Of a stretch of 64,000 nt of DNA, positions 32,610 to 43,494 are shown piece after piece. Each line of letters opens with the position of its first letter. Position 1 is the first letter of the stretch. The notes below the pieces were generated by a model. It had not been told where the DNA came from and searched no databases. It was given only the letters and a program-made list of their open reading frames with translations. The stretch is from an uncultured Gammaproteobacteria bacterium. Its GTDB lineage: Bacteria; Pseudomonadota; Gammaproteobacteria; UBA9214. The DNA lies in assembly GCA_963773065.1 (NCBI GenBank), contig CAVYZN010000017.1, positions 1-64,000 on the forward strand. Direction: 5' to 3'. The translations under genes were made by a program, and so were the position numbers.

Positions 32610-33260
32610 ATGAAAGATAAAGTTATAGCCATACTCCTGGTTCTGTTAACTTCCATATCTGTACCCGCCCCTGCCGCTCCTTACACACCATACGCACCAC
32701 CATATGCACCCTATAGCGGGGGGGAGTATCGCGGCCACCAGTCACCCCAGGCTGAAGCAGGTACGCCGGCTGCTATTCTCAAAGATGGCGTTACCAAACT
32801 GACGTCATTTATCCGCGGCGGGGGTGCACAGAATCGCGCACAGGCAATGGCCTACCTGGAAAAGGAAATTGCCCCATATTTTGATTTTGCCTACATGACA
32901 CGCTGGGCTGCCGGACCGGCATGGCGCGAGATGAATGCCGCACAACGGGCGGAAATGCAGGAAAAACTCACCACGTCCTTCCTAACAACGCTGGCACAGA
33001 AACTTACCACCTATTCCAACCAGCCCATCCGGTATCTCACGCCTCGCGGGCATGGCAGTGATGAAGTTACGGTCAGTGCCTGGATCATGCAGCCTGCTGG
33101 ATACCCTACAAAACTCGATTTCCGGTTTTACAAGAGCAAAGATGGCTGGAAGGTCTTCGATGTAAAGGCAGCTGGTAACAGCGCTGTTGTCTATTACCGG
33201 GATCAGTTCAGAAACATGTACCGTTATAGCGGCGGGCAGCCCACCCGCTATTACAATTGA
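32610..33260 (+). CDS. MlaC/Ttg2D-like periplasmic binding protein
   Basis: IAPYFDFAYMTRWAAG..W, WKVFDV...G.S.V..YR. Confidence 0.8.
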   Translation: MKDKVIAILLVLLTSISVPAPAAPYTPYAPPYAPYSGGEYRGHQSPQAEAGTPAAILKDGVTKLTSFIRGGGAQNRAQAMAYLEKEIAPYFDFAYMTRWAAGPAWREMNAAQRAEMQEKLTTSFLTTLAQKLTTYSNQPIRYLTPRGHGSDEVTVSAWIMQPAGYPTKLDFRFYKSKDGWKVFDVKAAGNSAVVYYRDQFRNMYRYSGGQPTRYYN

Positions 33261-33270
33261 TACAGATAGA

Positions 33271-33305
33271 TGATGCTCTGCCGTCTGAGTGACGGCGGAG
33301 CATCA
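33271..33305 (+). terminator. Hairpin after the mlaC-like gene
   Basis: TGATGCTCTGCCGTC-TGAGT-GACGGCGGAGCATCA. Confidence 0.65.
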
Positions 33306-33787
33306 GTCATTACTGCCTGACAATAACCACGAATGAAGTGTGCGATGTATCCTTGACCCCGGACTCCAGCATACCGGCGCAGCATTTATCCGGCACATAC
33401 TCGATGACCCGACCGCTTCCGGCAACCGCCTTAAGAGGAAGCTAATCGCAGGCTGGCCAGCGTATGTCCCTGGGTTATGGTAACCCAAGCATCCAAGCAA
33501 TGCAGTGGTTCTCCACTCTCACATCAAACCAGCCATGCCGGCAACCAATCCCGTCGTCATGCTGGTTTACAATCCGGCCCTGCCACACGTGACATTATGA
33601 ATTCCACGCTACTTGATACCTGATGTTAAATCATCAGACACACCCGCCGTTATAGTGATCAATTCAAGCAGTTTGACCGGCCATACCCGTGGGTAATTCC
33701 GGTTTCCGCAAAGTAGCGTTCTGAGAAGTTAAATATTGGTACACTTGCACCACCCGTGATGTACATGAATCTTTCACGGCCAATAGG

Positions 33788-35476
33788 ATGATGGCAATGA
33801 CAACATATATGAATACCTTAGTCGGCCAGGTCACTGCGGTGCGACCAGGCCTGTTCAGCGCGACACTGAATGAAGACACCGACGGCAATCTTCCCAGGGC
33901 CATGATCAACGGTGAACGCGTACCGGTAGGGCAGCCGGGTTCCTATCTGGCAATTACCCAGAAGGGTATTCGCGTCCTGGCCATGGTAACCGAAATGGTT
34001 GAGCAGGATATCTCTGAACCATCCAATAATCTCCCGGGACGACGCAACGTCAAACAACGGACTATCAAGCTGATCCCACTCGGTGAAATAAACAGTGGGG
34101 GAACTTTCGAGAACGGAGTCAAAAGCTATCCGGTAGCGGGGGCGGAAGTACACGCCGTCAGTGAAGATGACATTAAATCCATCTTCGTGAAATTCCGCAG
34201 CCATGGATACAGCCTCGGAACACTCTCGGGCCACTCCTCTCTTGATGTGTGCTTTGATCCTGCGACGCTGTTCGGCAGGCATTGCGCCATTCTCGGACAA
34301 TCCGGTGCCGGTAAATCCTGGACAGTCGCCACCATTATCCAGCGCGCGGTCAAGGTGATGCCCAATGCCCACATAATCCTGCTCGATCTGCACGGGGAAT
34401 ATGCCTGGAAGGACCGGGAAGGAAAGCAGCATTATGCCTTTGATGAAAATGTCGTGCGCCATATCGATGCGCGCGATCTTGAAATGCCCTACTGGCTCAT
34501 GACCTTCTCGGAGCTGGTAGATCTGCTGATTGACCGCAATGATGAGAATGCCTCAACACAGATTGCCTTCCTGCGTGACAGCGTGCATGACCTGCGCAAT
34601 AAATCCAACAAGGAACTCGGCATCAGCCACCTGACCGTGGATTCGCCGGTCTACTTTTCGCTCGATGCGCTTTACGGCTATTTTGAAGAAGCGAACAAGA
34701 TGACCACCAATTTTGGCAAGGAAAAGGGGCCGCTCGCGGGCAAGTTTGATCAGTTCCTCATGCGCCTGCAAAGCCGCATGAATGACGTGCGTTACAACTT
34801 CATGCTCAGACCCAGTCATCGCACCTCGTCGGATTCCCTGGGTGGATTACTGCGTGACTTTGTAGGTCTTGGTACTCCGAAACGCCAGATAACGGTCATC
34901 GATATCAGCACGGTACCATTTGATGTACGGCCGACGGTCACCTCCCAGATCGGCCGGCTGGCCTTTGAATTCAACTACTGGAACCCGCACTATCGTGACT
35001 TCCCCATACTGCTGGTCTGCGAGGAGGCCCATGCCTATATACCGCGTGATAAGGATCCACGCTACGAAGGCACCCGTCAGTCGATGCAGCGCATTGCGCG
35101 CGAAGGACGCAAATACGGTGTCGGACTGGCCGTGGTCAGCCAGCGCCCGAACGAGCTGTCAGAAACGGTGCTGGCACAGTGTAACACCTTCATCTGCCTG
35201 CGTCTGACCAACCCGGATGACCAGGCTTATGTCCGCAACCTGGTGCCGGAAGCTGAGCGTGATCTCATCGAGGTTCTGTCATCGCTGGGACGCGGCGAGG
35301 CCCTGGCCATGGGAGCGGCTGTGCCACTGCCTACACGCTTGCAATTCAACAAACCAAATCCGGTGCCAAACAGCTCGGATGTTGATTTTTACACCCAGTG
35401 GGTTACAGGCCTGAAAGATCTGGATGTGGATGACATAGTAGACCGCTGGCGCCATCAGAACCGCCTCAAGTCCTAG
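33788..35476 (+). CDS. HerA/DUF87-family ATPase
   Basis: HAS-barrel-like N-terminus, GRHCAILGQSGAGKS, CEEAH, REGRKYG, SQRP. Confidence 0.9.
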   Translation: MMAMTTYMNTLVGQVTAVRPGLFSATLNEDTDGNLPRAMINGERVPVGQPGSYLAITQKGIRVLAMVTEMVEQDISEPSNNLPGRRNVKQRTIKLIPLGEINSGGTFENGVKSYPVAGAEVHAVSEDDIKSIFVKFRSHGYSLGTLSGHSSLDVCFDPATLFGRHCAILGQSGAGKSWTVATIIQRAVKVMPNAHIILLDLHGEYAWKDREGKQHYAFDENVVRHIDARDLEMPYWLMTFSELVDLLIDRNDENASTQIAFLRDSVHDLRNKSNKELGISHLTVDSPVYFSLDALYGYFEEANKMTTNFGKEKGPLAGKFDQFLMRLQSRMNDVRYNFMLRPSHRTSSDSLGGLLRDFVGLGTPKRQITVIDISTVPFDVRPTVTSQIGRLAFEFNYWNPHYRDFPILLVCEEAHAYIPRDKDPRYEGTRQSMQRIAREGRKYGVGLAVVSQRPNELSETVLAQCNTFICLRLTNPDDQAYVRNLVPEAERDLIEVLSSLGRGEALAMGAAVPLPTRLQFNKPNPVPNSSDVDFYTQWVTGLKDLDVDDIVDRWRHQNRLKS

Positions 35477-35524
35477 AAGAAGCCAAGGCCGGCTAGAAAC
35501 GGCCGGCGGCAACAACATACTGGG

Positions 35525-36712
35525 TCAGGCAGACGCGATCAATTCATCGTAACCCAACAGATGCAGGATCTGATCCCTAGCCGCCATGGCATCCTGGTAA
35601 CCGAGATCGATGAGCTCCTTGCAATAGGGTGCATCGAACATCAGGTAACTCATTAGTGGACGGCCTTCACGCGCCAGCGCGCCGATACCCATAAGCAGTA
35701 TCCGCACCGAAAGCGGGAAATTTCCCACGTAGCGCTCCACAATTTCACGCACATCCCGACTGGGTGCAATCATCAGGTACTCGATCTGGCGCAGGGCCGT
35801 ATCCTTGAATTCGACACGCTTGTCCTTCGTCTCCGCAATGGTATGGTTGATACGCCGCATGCGTTCAATATCAGCATCCAGGCTGTCCATGAACAGATTG
35901 TCAAAGATATAACCGGCGATTTGTCCAAATGTCGGGTAAGGGACAATAACACCATTCGCCGGGGCAGGATCAGGACCCGGACTTCTGACCCCGATAATCA
36001 GGAGTCGGTTTGCACCCATATGCAAGGCGGGACTCAGCGGCGCGGTTTGACGCATGGATCCATCACCGTAATATTCATTATGAAGTTTTACCGCGGGAAA
36101 CAGTACCGGTATTGCAGACGACGCCATTAGATGATCCAGCGTCAACTCCTCCGGCCTCCCCAGTCGACGTGTCCGTTTCCAGGGTACCAGACCCTTGATG
36201 CCCTGATAAAAAGTTACCGAAGTGCCGCTCGTATACCCGGAAGCAGTGACCGATACAGCACGCAGAATACCACTGTCAATTGCTTGCTGTATGCGTGCAA
36301 ACCGGATGTGCCTTTCCAGCAGTTCCCGCAACGGGCTGTTATCGAGTACCGACCGGGGCTGCCCCTTAACCAGACCTGCCGTGGCAAATGTCACAGCCCA
36401 GCGGAAGCCGCTTTTTACCGCTGTCCAGGCATCTGTCCTGAAAACTTTATCAACATGGAAATTTTCCCAGATGCCATTAAGCCGCCGCACGCCTTCCCGG
36501 AACTGTTTTGCGCTGCTTGCCAGCAGCACGGCGTTCAAGGCGCCTGACGATGCGCCACAGATAACCTGGAAGGGATTCTCGGCATTCCCGGGCAAAATAT
36601 CGGCGATGGCTTTTAAAACACCTGCCTGGTAGGCACTGCGCGCGCCGCCACCCGGCAAAACCAGGCCGGTGATCGGTGGCTCATGCTTCTTCTTGAACGA
36701 AAGCCAGTACAT
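35525..36712 (-). CDS. Patatin-like phospholipase
   Basis: GGGARSAYQAG, GASSG, YGDGS. Confidence 0.92.
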   Translation of the reverse strand: MYWLSFKKKHEPPITGLVLPGGGARSAYQAGVLKAIADILPGNAENPFQVICGASSGALNAVLLASSAKQFREGVRRLNGIWENFHVDKVFRTDAWTAVKSGFRWAVTFATAGLVKGQPRSVLDNSPLRELLERHIRFARIQQAIDSGILRAVSVTASGYTSGTSVTFYQGIKGLVPWKRTRRLGRPEELTLDHLMASSAIPVLFPAVKLHNEYYGDGSMRQTAPLSPALHMGANRLLIIGVRSPGPDPAPANGVIVPYPTFGQIAGYIFDNLFMDSLDADIERMRRINHTIAETKDKRVEFKDTALRQIEYLMIAPSRDVREIVERYVGNFPLSVRILLMGIGALAREGRPLMSYLMFDAPYCKELIDLGYQDAMAARDQILHLLGYDELIASA

Positions 36713-36816
36713 ATACTAGGCACCGCATCACACAATATTTATTGTATCGGCATATTTGCTGGTTCTTGACTGCCTTGAAAATGGCAAAAAAACCGGGGAC
36801 GAAAACAGGGCTGAAC

Positions 36817-38397
36817 CTATACATTCGGAATTGGTTTCAGCTTTTCCGCAATCCGGGCTGCAATCTCAGCGACAGACGGTTCCCGTGACGCCTCTATCAC
36901 AATCGCCTGCTCCTCGTGAATCAGCGGTTCCTGTGATCTGAGCTGAGCCTCCAACACCGCGACACCGGCCTCGGAGGGGTCCATACCGGTAGCCTGCCGC
37001 TTGCGTATCCGGTTGCGAAGCGTATCTTCGTCCGCGGTAAAATGTAGTAACACAAACGCTACCCCGAGCTGCGCGGCCAGATGGCTGAAACGATCACGCT
37101 CGGTGCGCTTCAGAAAGGCCGCATCAACTATGACAGTATAGCCACCTTCAATCGCATACCGGGCCAGATCAGCGATTCGCGCGTAGGTTTCCAGACCGGC
37201 TGCCTCCGTGTAGATACCGGATTGCACTGCAGACCCTGTATTTTCATACATACGATATCCATACAGGCGCTTGCGTTCTACATCGGAACGCACCTGGATT
37301 GCGCCCAGACTGACGGCCAGTCGTGAGGCGTACCATGACTTACCTGTGCCCGATACACCTTGCGTGATGATCAGGGCCGGTGTGGTAGTGCCGGCAAAAT
37401 TCCGGGCCAGTCGCGCATAGGACTCATACTCATTCCACACGACGGCTGCCTCGTCGGCTGCCATCGCTGTCTGACCCAGTCGCAACACAGCGACCTTGGC
37501 GCGCACCAGTGCACGGTATACGAGGTAATAGCGCAGGATCCTGACACCGGCATAATCCCCGGTTCGTTGCAGATAACCATTCAGGAAACGGTATGCCAAC
37601 TCCGGGTAACCACGGTCCTGGAGATCCATCATCAGGAACGCGGTCTCACTCATGACATCAATCCAGCGCAGACAGGGATTGAACTCGATGCAGTCGAACG
37701 GCGTGATACGGCCATCAACGAGTGCCAGGTTGCCAAGGTGCAGATCGCCATGACATTCACGGATAAAGCCACTGCTCTTGCGTGCCTGGATCACAGGCTG
37801 CTTGATCTGAAACTCCCGCTGACACCATTGTTCCAGGCGATCAAGCTGTTGACGTTGTGTTTCATCCTTCAGCGCCGGCCTGATGTGTGTAAAATTCTCG
37901 ATGACCCAGCGATGTATATCCCGTGGCAGTCCATATTGCAGATCGTCACCCGCAACGGCTGACTGGGCATGCATGTCCGCAACCAGCCCGACAATTTCAT
38001 CTATGTGAGCTTTGGTAACAGCATGGCGGGCTGCCATGCTGCTCAGCAGATCCTGCTGGGAAAACTGGCGCATCTTGACGGCATATTCAATCGGGTCGCC
38101 TTCCCCCAGCAACGAGGGTTGCTCCGCGCTACCCCTCACCGCAACGACATCAAGATAGAGATCGGGGGCAAACCGCCGGTTCAGTCGCATTTCTTCCTGG
38201 CAGTAGAAGTGGCGTTTATCCAGCGTCGTAAAATCGAGGAAACCGAAATTGACGGCTTTTTTGATCTTGTAGACGATATCGCCGGTTAGAATTGCCCACG
38301 AGATATGCGTCTCGATCAGACGGATTTCGCCAATAGGGTGGTCATAGCACACAGGGTTCTGCAGCGCACGGATCAATGTCTTCTGGTCATGCGGCAC
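36817..38397 (-). CDS. Aminoglycoside phosphotransferase-like / AAA_33 kinase fusion
   Basis: ETHISW, CHGDLHLGN, DCIEFN, GVSGTGKS. Confidence 0.9.
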   Translation of the reverse strand: MPHDQKTLIRALQNPVCYDHPIGEIRLIETHISWAILTGDIVYKIKKAVNFGFLDFTTLDKRHFYCQEEMRLNRRFAPDLYLDVVAVRGSAEQPSLLGEGDPIEYAVKMRQFSQQDLLSSMAARHAVTKAHIDEIVGLVADMHAQSAVAGDDLQYGLPRDIHRWVIENFTHIRPALKDETQRQQLDRLEQWCQREFQIKQPVIQARKSSGFIRECHGDLHLGNLALVDGRITPFDCIEFNPCLRWIDVMSETAFLMMDLQDRGYPELAYRFLNGYLQRTGDYAGVRILRYYLVYRALVRAKVAVLRLGQTAMAADEAAVVWNEYESYARLARNFAGTTTPALIITQGVSGTGKSWYASRLAVSLGAIQVRSDVERKRLYGYRMYENTGSAVQSGIYTEAAGLETYARIADLARYAIEGGYTVIVDAAFLKRTERDRFSHLAAQLGVAFVLLHFTADEDTLRNRIRKRQATGMDPSEAGVAVLEAQLRSQEPLIHEEQAIVIEASREPSVAEIAARIAEKLKPIPNV

Positions 38398-38536
38398 AAT
38401 AACCCCTGTTTACATCCTGGCGAATCCGACCCGGCTCTAGGTCAACCACAATGCCTTGCTGCGATATGAAAGTATAGACCGTGCGTGGCACGTCCAATGC
38501 CTATACCATAGGCATGTAACATCAATCAACAGCGAG

Positions 38537-38550
38537 TTGATCTGAATCAG
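38537..38550. promoter_or_regulatory. FNR-like box upstream of the CBS gene
   Basis: TTGAT-CTGA-ATCAG. Confidence 0.55.
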
Positions 38551-38646
38551 AATCAGACTTTTCTTGTCTTTTATATTTGGATAACAGGCAATAAAATGTT
38601 TGTGTCCACGGTTAACAGGTAACTCTCAGAAATTCGGAGGCAGTTC

Positions 38647-39120
38647 ATGAAAGCCGGTGAGCTATGTAATCGCGATGTGGTCACTGCCACCCGGGATACC
38701 ACCATCCCGGAGGCCGCCAAGTTAATGCGCGATCATCATGTAGGAAGCCTGGTTATTGTCGAAACGCACGGGGATCGCGTGGAACCGGTTGGCATAATCA
38801 CGGATCGTGATATCGTGATTGAGGTTATCGCCGAGGCTGTAGACCTCGACACGGTGACGGTGGGTGATGTCATGAGTTACGCGTTACTGAGGGTCTCGGA
38901 ACACGAGAGCGTGTTCGATACGGCTCAGCGCATGCGTGCCCGAGGTGTTCGACGTGTCCCCGTTATTTCCGAAACCGGCGCACTGACCGGAATTCTGGCG
39001 CTTGACGATATGCTCGCACTGTTGAGCGAAGAGTTGATGCTATTGGCCAAACTGACCTCTCGCGAGAGTGAACAGGAACAGAAGAAACGCGCCTCTTCAC
39101 GGCTGAAACGTGGTCAGTGA
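38647..39120 (+). CDS. CBS-domain protein
   Basis: AAKLMR..HVGSL, GIITDRDIV, VRRVPV. Confidence 0.92.
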   Translation: MKAGELCNRDVVTATRDTTIPEAAKLMRDHHVGSLVIVETHGDRVEPVGIITDRDIVIEVIAEAVDLDTVTVGDVMSYALLRVSEHESVFDTAQRMRARGVRRVPVISETGALTGILALDDMLALLSEELMLLAKLTSRESEQEQKKRASSRLKRGQ

Positions 39121-39344
39121 GTAAATGAAACCATCGGGAAGGTAGGCATGATACTTCCGCACCCAGGCCAGTCAAAGGACGCCCGGCTTACGCGGGCGTC
39201 CGAGTTATATACGCATGGAAAATTCAGTGACTATGCGTTACATCCGAGCGAACTGCTACCGCTCGGATTGAAGGATAACGCCTTGCCCGCCGCGTAAGTC
39301 GCCGCCGCATCACTGCGGCGGCGATAACATCACTTGCGGCAATA

Positions 39345-40097
39345 TTACTGGGGCGCTGCAGGCAGCCGGGAATAGGGATTCTCACCGTAGGGTGGTCTGG
39401 CCAACGGGCCGGATTGCGGTCCGCCGGGATACGCACCCGGAAGTTCATCGGAACGATCGAACATTTCCTTGTAGTGGTCATTGATGTAGTTGTGTCGCTC
39501 CTGCGGTGTCATGTCTTCCATGGCCGAGAGGAATGACGCCAGCCGGGCCTTCCGTTCCTCTGCCTCATTGCGCAGATCCTCTTGCCGTTTGATCATGGCC
39601 TCCTTGCGATCAATGGCCATTTGCAGCAGTTCCTGATGATGATCGACAAGGTAATCACGATCCGAGGCGATGCCTTGACGCTGTTCATCATAATGTTTGG
39701 CCATTTGTTCAAGACGCTCCTCGCGTTGCTTCAAATAAGCCTCGACTTTTTCCGCGTAGGCTTTCTCCCTCGCTTCAAAACGCCTGCGCGCATCTTCAAG
39801 TTGTTTCAGGGTTTCCAGCTTTCTGGTGTCATACAACTCTCGATAGGCCTTGATGCGCTGCTCCATGTCTGCTTCCAGGTTTTCTGACGGCATGTCTGCA
39901 ACAGTGCCGGGCGGTGTGTATGACTCCGGCGCTGGCACGGCGGCTGGCGATGGTGGCGCAGAGACCGGCGGTGCGGCCGGGATGGATGCCGCGGGTACCG
40001 CTTCGGCAGATGGAGGGGGTGGTACCTCTTCAGCCAAGGCTTGTTGAAGGAAAAAGACACAGGATAAAAACGTCACTACCAGCATTCTTACTAACAT
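39345..40097 (-). CDS. Secreted Pro-rich / coiled-coil hypothetical protein
   Basis: Signal peptide, PAAP repeats, charged helical core. Confidence 0.7.
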   Translation of the reverse strand: MLVRMLVVTFLSCVFFLQQALAEEVPPPPSAEAVPAASIPAAPPVSAPPSPAAVPAPESYTPPGTVADMPSENLEADMEQRIKAYRELYDTRKLETLKQLEDARRRFEAREKAYAEKVEAYLKQREERLEQMAKHYDEQRQGIASDRDYLVDHHQELLQMAIDRKEAMIKRQEDLRNEAEERKARLASFLSAMEDMTPQERHNYINDHYKEMFDRSDELPGAYPGGPQSGPLARPPYGENPYSRLPAAPQ

Positions 40098-40241
40098 GAT
40101 TTCTCTCCTTTATCGTTTCTTATCTCATACCAGCCAAACGTGCAAATTGTTTATTAAATACTCCTATCGCTGGCCCGGGCCCCACGACCGGATGACATCA
40201 AACTTGAAAAATAATGCGCGGTGCGGCAACCGGACGCTCAT

Positions 40242-40775
40242 TTACCACGGTAGAAAGTTGTTCATTTTCGAAAGCGGACGGGCGATATTGCGTCCCATAT
40301 AGGTCATCTCATTGCGCATCTGATCACCGGTAATGGTCATATTACGCATCGACGCGTCCATGCCGCGCATGTGCGTCAGCATGGGATCCAGATTCTCCAA
40401 CGCATTCATCTTGACGGAAATATCATCGATGGAATTCGTCATTCTGTCCATACGCCGGGTCATGGTCCTAACATTCTCGGACAAGTAGGCCACACTGTCG
40501 GAGATATGGGTCAGGTGGTCACCCATTTCAGGATCCATACCTTCCGCGAGTATGTGGATATCGCGACTCAGGGTATAAATCAGGAAAAAACCATAGGCTG
40601 CCAGGATGACAAAGGCCAGCATGGTAGGGTATATGACAAGTTCCCAACGACGTGCACTGGCTTCAAAAACCTTGACAAACCGTTCCATGGAATCGGTGTT
40701 CAGTACCAGTTCATCCTTGCGGGTTTTACCCTCCGTAACCCCATTATTCTCCTTGTCTGGTGTCGTCTCGTGCAT
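40242..40775 (-). CDS. Single-TM Met-rich coiled-coil hypothetical protein
   Basis: FEASARRWELVIYP..AFVILAAYGFFLIY. Confidence 0.7.
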   Translation of the reverse strand: MHETTPDKENNGVTEGKTRKDELVLNTDSMERFVKVFEASARRWELVIYPTMLAFVILAAYGFFLIYTLSRDIHILAEGMDPEMGDHLTHISDSVAYLSENVRTMTRRMDRMTNSIDDISVKMNALENLDPMLTHMRGMDASMRNMTITGDQMRNEMTYMGRNIARPLSKMNNFLPW

Positions 40776-41120
40776 GATTTGAACTGCCTCTTAAAGTGGC
40801 AAGTATCAGCAGGCGCTTATTTTATGAGCACCCACTGCTCCTGCCTTTATAGTTAATAATCTTTATTTCGTCATCCGTCAAATAATGGGAATTCACACTA
40901 CCTGGAATCGCAAATCAGCCGGGGTACGTACGCCGATATCACCGCTGGAGTGCGTGAAGTTGCGCCGCCTTAAGGAGCCGCCTTGAGTCAAACCGGCCGG
41001 CCCCGCACCCATAACGAACTCACCACTTCTAGGAAGCGAAGATAGCACGACTGTTTTTCCGGTGCAACCGCCTCTAGATAGCTATCGAGGGTAAATACCC
41101 AGGGTATCTTCCGAAATTGT

Positions 41121-41711
41121 TCAGGCGGATACCAGCAACAGCGAACCGATCAGCACGACAAAACCTCCCGCAAGGCGCACCGGGACCCGCGATTCCGCCT
41201 GTCGCAGCCAGCGGCCCAAGGCAATCCCGGAAATCAGCAGGAACGAGGTTGTCAACAGCAAACCGGCCGCATACCACACGGCGCTTGCCGTCATCGGCAT
41301 CTCCACGGCGTGGGCATAGCCATGAAACAGGGCAAACCCACCCATGACGGCATACCCGGCCACCCGTGGCAAATGCACCCGCAGGACGATCAGGGCACCA
41401 AGGGTAATCACCGACAAGGCAATTGCCGGCTCGGCCAGGTACAGTGGGATGCCGGCAAGGCCGGCAAAAGCACCGAGTCCCAGCATACCCAGAAAGACGG
41501 CGGTGATGGAGCGAATAGTGGCGCTGCCCGCGAGTGCCGCCCACAGGCCGGCAGCAATTGCAGCCAGAATGTGGTCTGCGCCCGTTAACGGATGCACGAC
41601 CCCGGCGATCAAGCCCGTCATTTCTGTCGTTACGGTGTGCGCCTGGGCAAAGGGCGTGAAGATCACACCCATGAGCAGCAGAAGAACGGTTGAACTGGCT
41701 TTCAGTGGCAT
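41121..41711 (-). CDS. hupE: HupE/UreJ nickel transporter
   Basis: HPLTGADH, FALFHGYAH. Confidence 0.92.
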   Translation of the reverse strand: MPLKASSTVLLLLMGVIFTPFAQAHTVTTEMTGLIAGVVHPLTGADHILAAIAAGLWAALAGSATIRSITAVFLGMLGLGAFAGLAGIPLYLAEPAIALSVITLGALIVLRVHLPRVAGYAVMGGFALFHGYAHAVEMPMTASAVWYAAGLLLTTSFLLISGIALGRWLRQAESRVPVRLAGGFVVLIGSLLLVSA

Positions 41712-41758
41712 ACTCTGTACTCCATATACTCCATCGGATTGGTTTCAGACTTGATAAT

Positions 41759-43480
41759 TTACCGGATCTTCACCTTGATCAATTCTTCACCATCCGGGTC
41801 GGTGACATGCACGGCACAGGCGATGCAGGGATCGAAGCTGTGGATGGTGCGCAATATCTCGACCGGCGCCTTGGCGTCATGCAGGGTATGGTTATCCTGC
41901 AACGCCGCCTCATAGGCTCCCGGTTGACCACTGGGATCGCGTGGTCCAGCATTCCAGGTGCTGGGAACAACCGCCTGATAGTTGGCGATCTTGCCGTCCT
42001 CGATTACGATCCAGTGCGCCAGCGCACCGCGCGGGGCCTCCATGAAACCCACCCCCCTGGCCTGCTGTGGCCAGGTGGAGGGATCCCAGAGGACATCGTT
42101 GAAGGTCTTGGTATCACCGGCCTTGATATTGGCGATCAGGTTGTCATACCAAACCTGTATTTTATCGGCGATGATCTTGGTCTCCAGGGTGCGGGCCGCG
42201 GTTCTGCCCAGCGTCGAGAACAACGCCTTCACGGGTATATCGAGTTTCTTCAGCGTCATGTTGACCAGATCCTTGGTCTGTTCATGGCCGCGCGCATACA
42301 ACATCAGCACCCGCGCCAGCGGACCGACTTCCATGGCGCGCCCCTTCCAGCGCGGCGCCTTGAGCCAGGAATAGGACTGCTCGACATCGAGGTGATCATA
42401 GGGTGGTTTCGGGCCGGTGTAGTTGAGTTCGGTTTCGCCATCGTAGGGGTGCAGGCCCTGATCCTTGCCGGCGCTGTAGTTGTACCAGGAATGGGAGACG
42501 TATTCCTGGATTTGATCGGCCGCGTGCATATCGACATCCTGTATTGAGGTAAGGTCGCGGTTGAGAATGACGCCTGAGGGGATCAGGTAGCTCGATGGAT
42601 CATCCATGCCCTTCTCCGGAAAATCCCCATAGGTCATGAAATTGCCCAGACCTTCACCGCGCCCGCCCCAGTCCTTGTAAAAGCCGGCAATGGCAAGCGT
42701 ATCGGGCACGTAGACCTGATCGACGAAGTCCCGCATCTTGTGAATGATGTCCTGGACGAGCGACAGCCGTTCGGCATTGATGGCGGAATCCGAATTGAGG
42801 TCAATCGGTGAAGGCACACCGCCGACCACGAAATTGGGATGCGGGTTCTTGCCGCCGAAGATGGTATGCAGCCGGGCGACATCGCGCTGCCAGGCCAGGG
42901 CCTCGAGATAATGAGCGACCGCCATCAGATTCGCCTCTGGCGGCAGTTTGTAGGCCGGATGCCCCCAGTAGGCCTTGGCAAAGATCCCCAGTTGGCCGGC
43001 GTCGACGAAATCCTTCAGCTTCTTCTTCGTATCGGCAAAATAGCCGGGAGAAGACTTGGGGTAGTTGCTCAGTGACTGCGCCAGTTCCGAGGTTGCCTTG
43101 GGGTCTGCCGACAGCCCGGACACCACGTCGACCCAGTCCAGGGCGTGCAGGTGATAGAAGTGCATCACGTGGTCGTGCACATACTGGGCCGCGATCATCA
43201 GATTGCGGATCAACTGGGCGTTGGGCGGTATCTGATAGTTGAGCGCATTTTCCACGGCGCGCACCGAGGCGATGCCATGCACCAGGGTGCAGACGCCGCA
43301 GATACGCTGCGCGAAGGCCCAGGCATCGCGCGGATCGCGCCCGCGCAGGATGATCTCGATGCCGCGCACCATGGTTCCGGAGGAGTACGCCTGCGCGATA
43401 CGATCGCCGTCCATTTGCGCCTCGATGCGCAGATGGCCTTCGATACGGGTAATGGGGTCAACGACGACACGTTCATTCAT
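41759..43480 (-). CDS. hynL: [NiFe]-hydrogenase large subunit (Hyn type)
   Basis: DPITRIEGH, RICGVC, SFDPCIACAVH. Confidence 0.95.
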   Translation of the reverse strand: MNERVVVDPITRIEGHLRIEAQMDGDRIAQAYSSGTMVRGIEIILRGRDPRDAWAFAQRICGVCTLVHGIASVRAVENALNYQIPPNAQLIRNLMIAAQYVHDHVMHFYHLHALDWVDVVSGLSADPKATSELAQSLSNYPKSSPGYFADTKKKLKDFVDAGQLGIFAKAYWGHPAYKLPPEANLMAVAHYLEALAWQRDVARLHTIFGGKNPHPNFVVGGVPSPIDLNSDSAINAERLSLVQDIIHKMRDFVDQVYVPDTLAIAGFYKDWGGRGEGLGNFMTYGDFPEKGMDDPSSYLIPSGVILNRDLTSIQDVDMHAADQIQEYVSHSWYNYSAGKDQGLHPYDGETELNYTGPKPPYDHLDVEQSYSWLKAPRWKGRAMEVGPLARVLMLYARGHEQTKDLVNMTLKKLDIPVKALFSTLGRTAARTLETKIIADKIQVWYDNLIANIKAGDTKTFNDVLWDPSTWPQQARGVGFMEAPRGALAHWIVIEDGKIANYQAVVPSTWNAGPRDPSGQPGAYEAALQDNHTLHDAKAPVEILRTIHSFDPCIACAVHVTDPDGEELIKVKIR

Positions 43481-43494
43481 GAGGCGTACTCTCT

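Noticed and set aside
33788-36712. CBASS-like or HerA-patatin defence operon
   Set aside because: The genes are convergent, and there is no cyclase or other defence component nearby.
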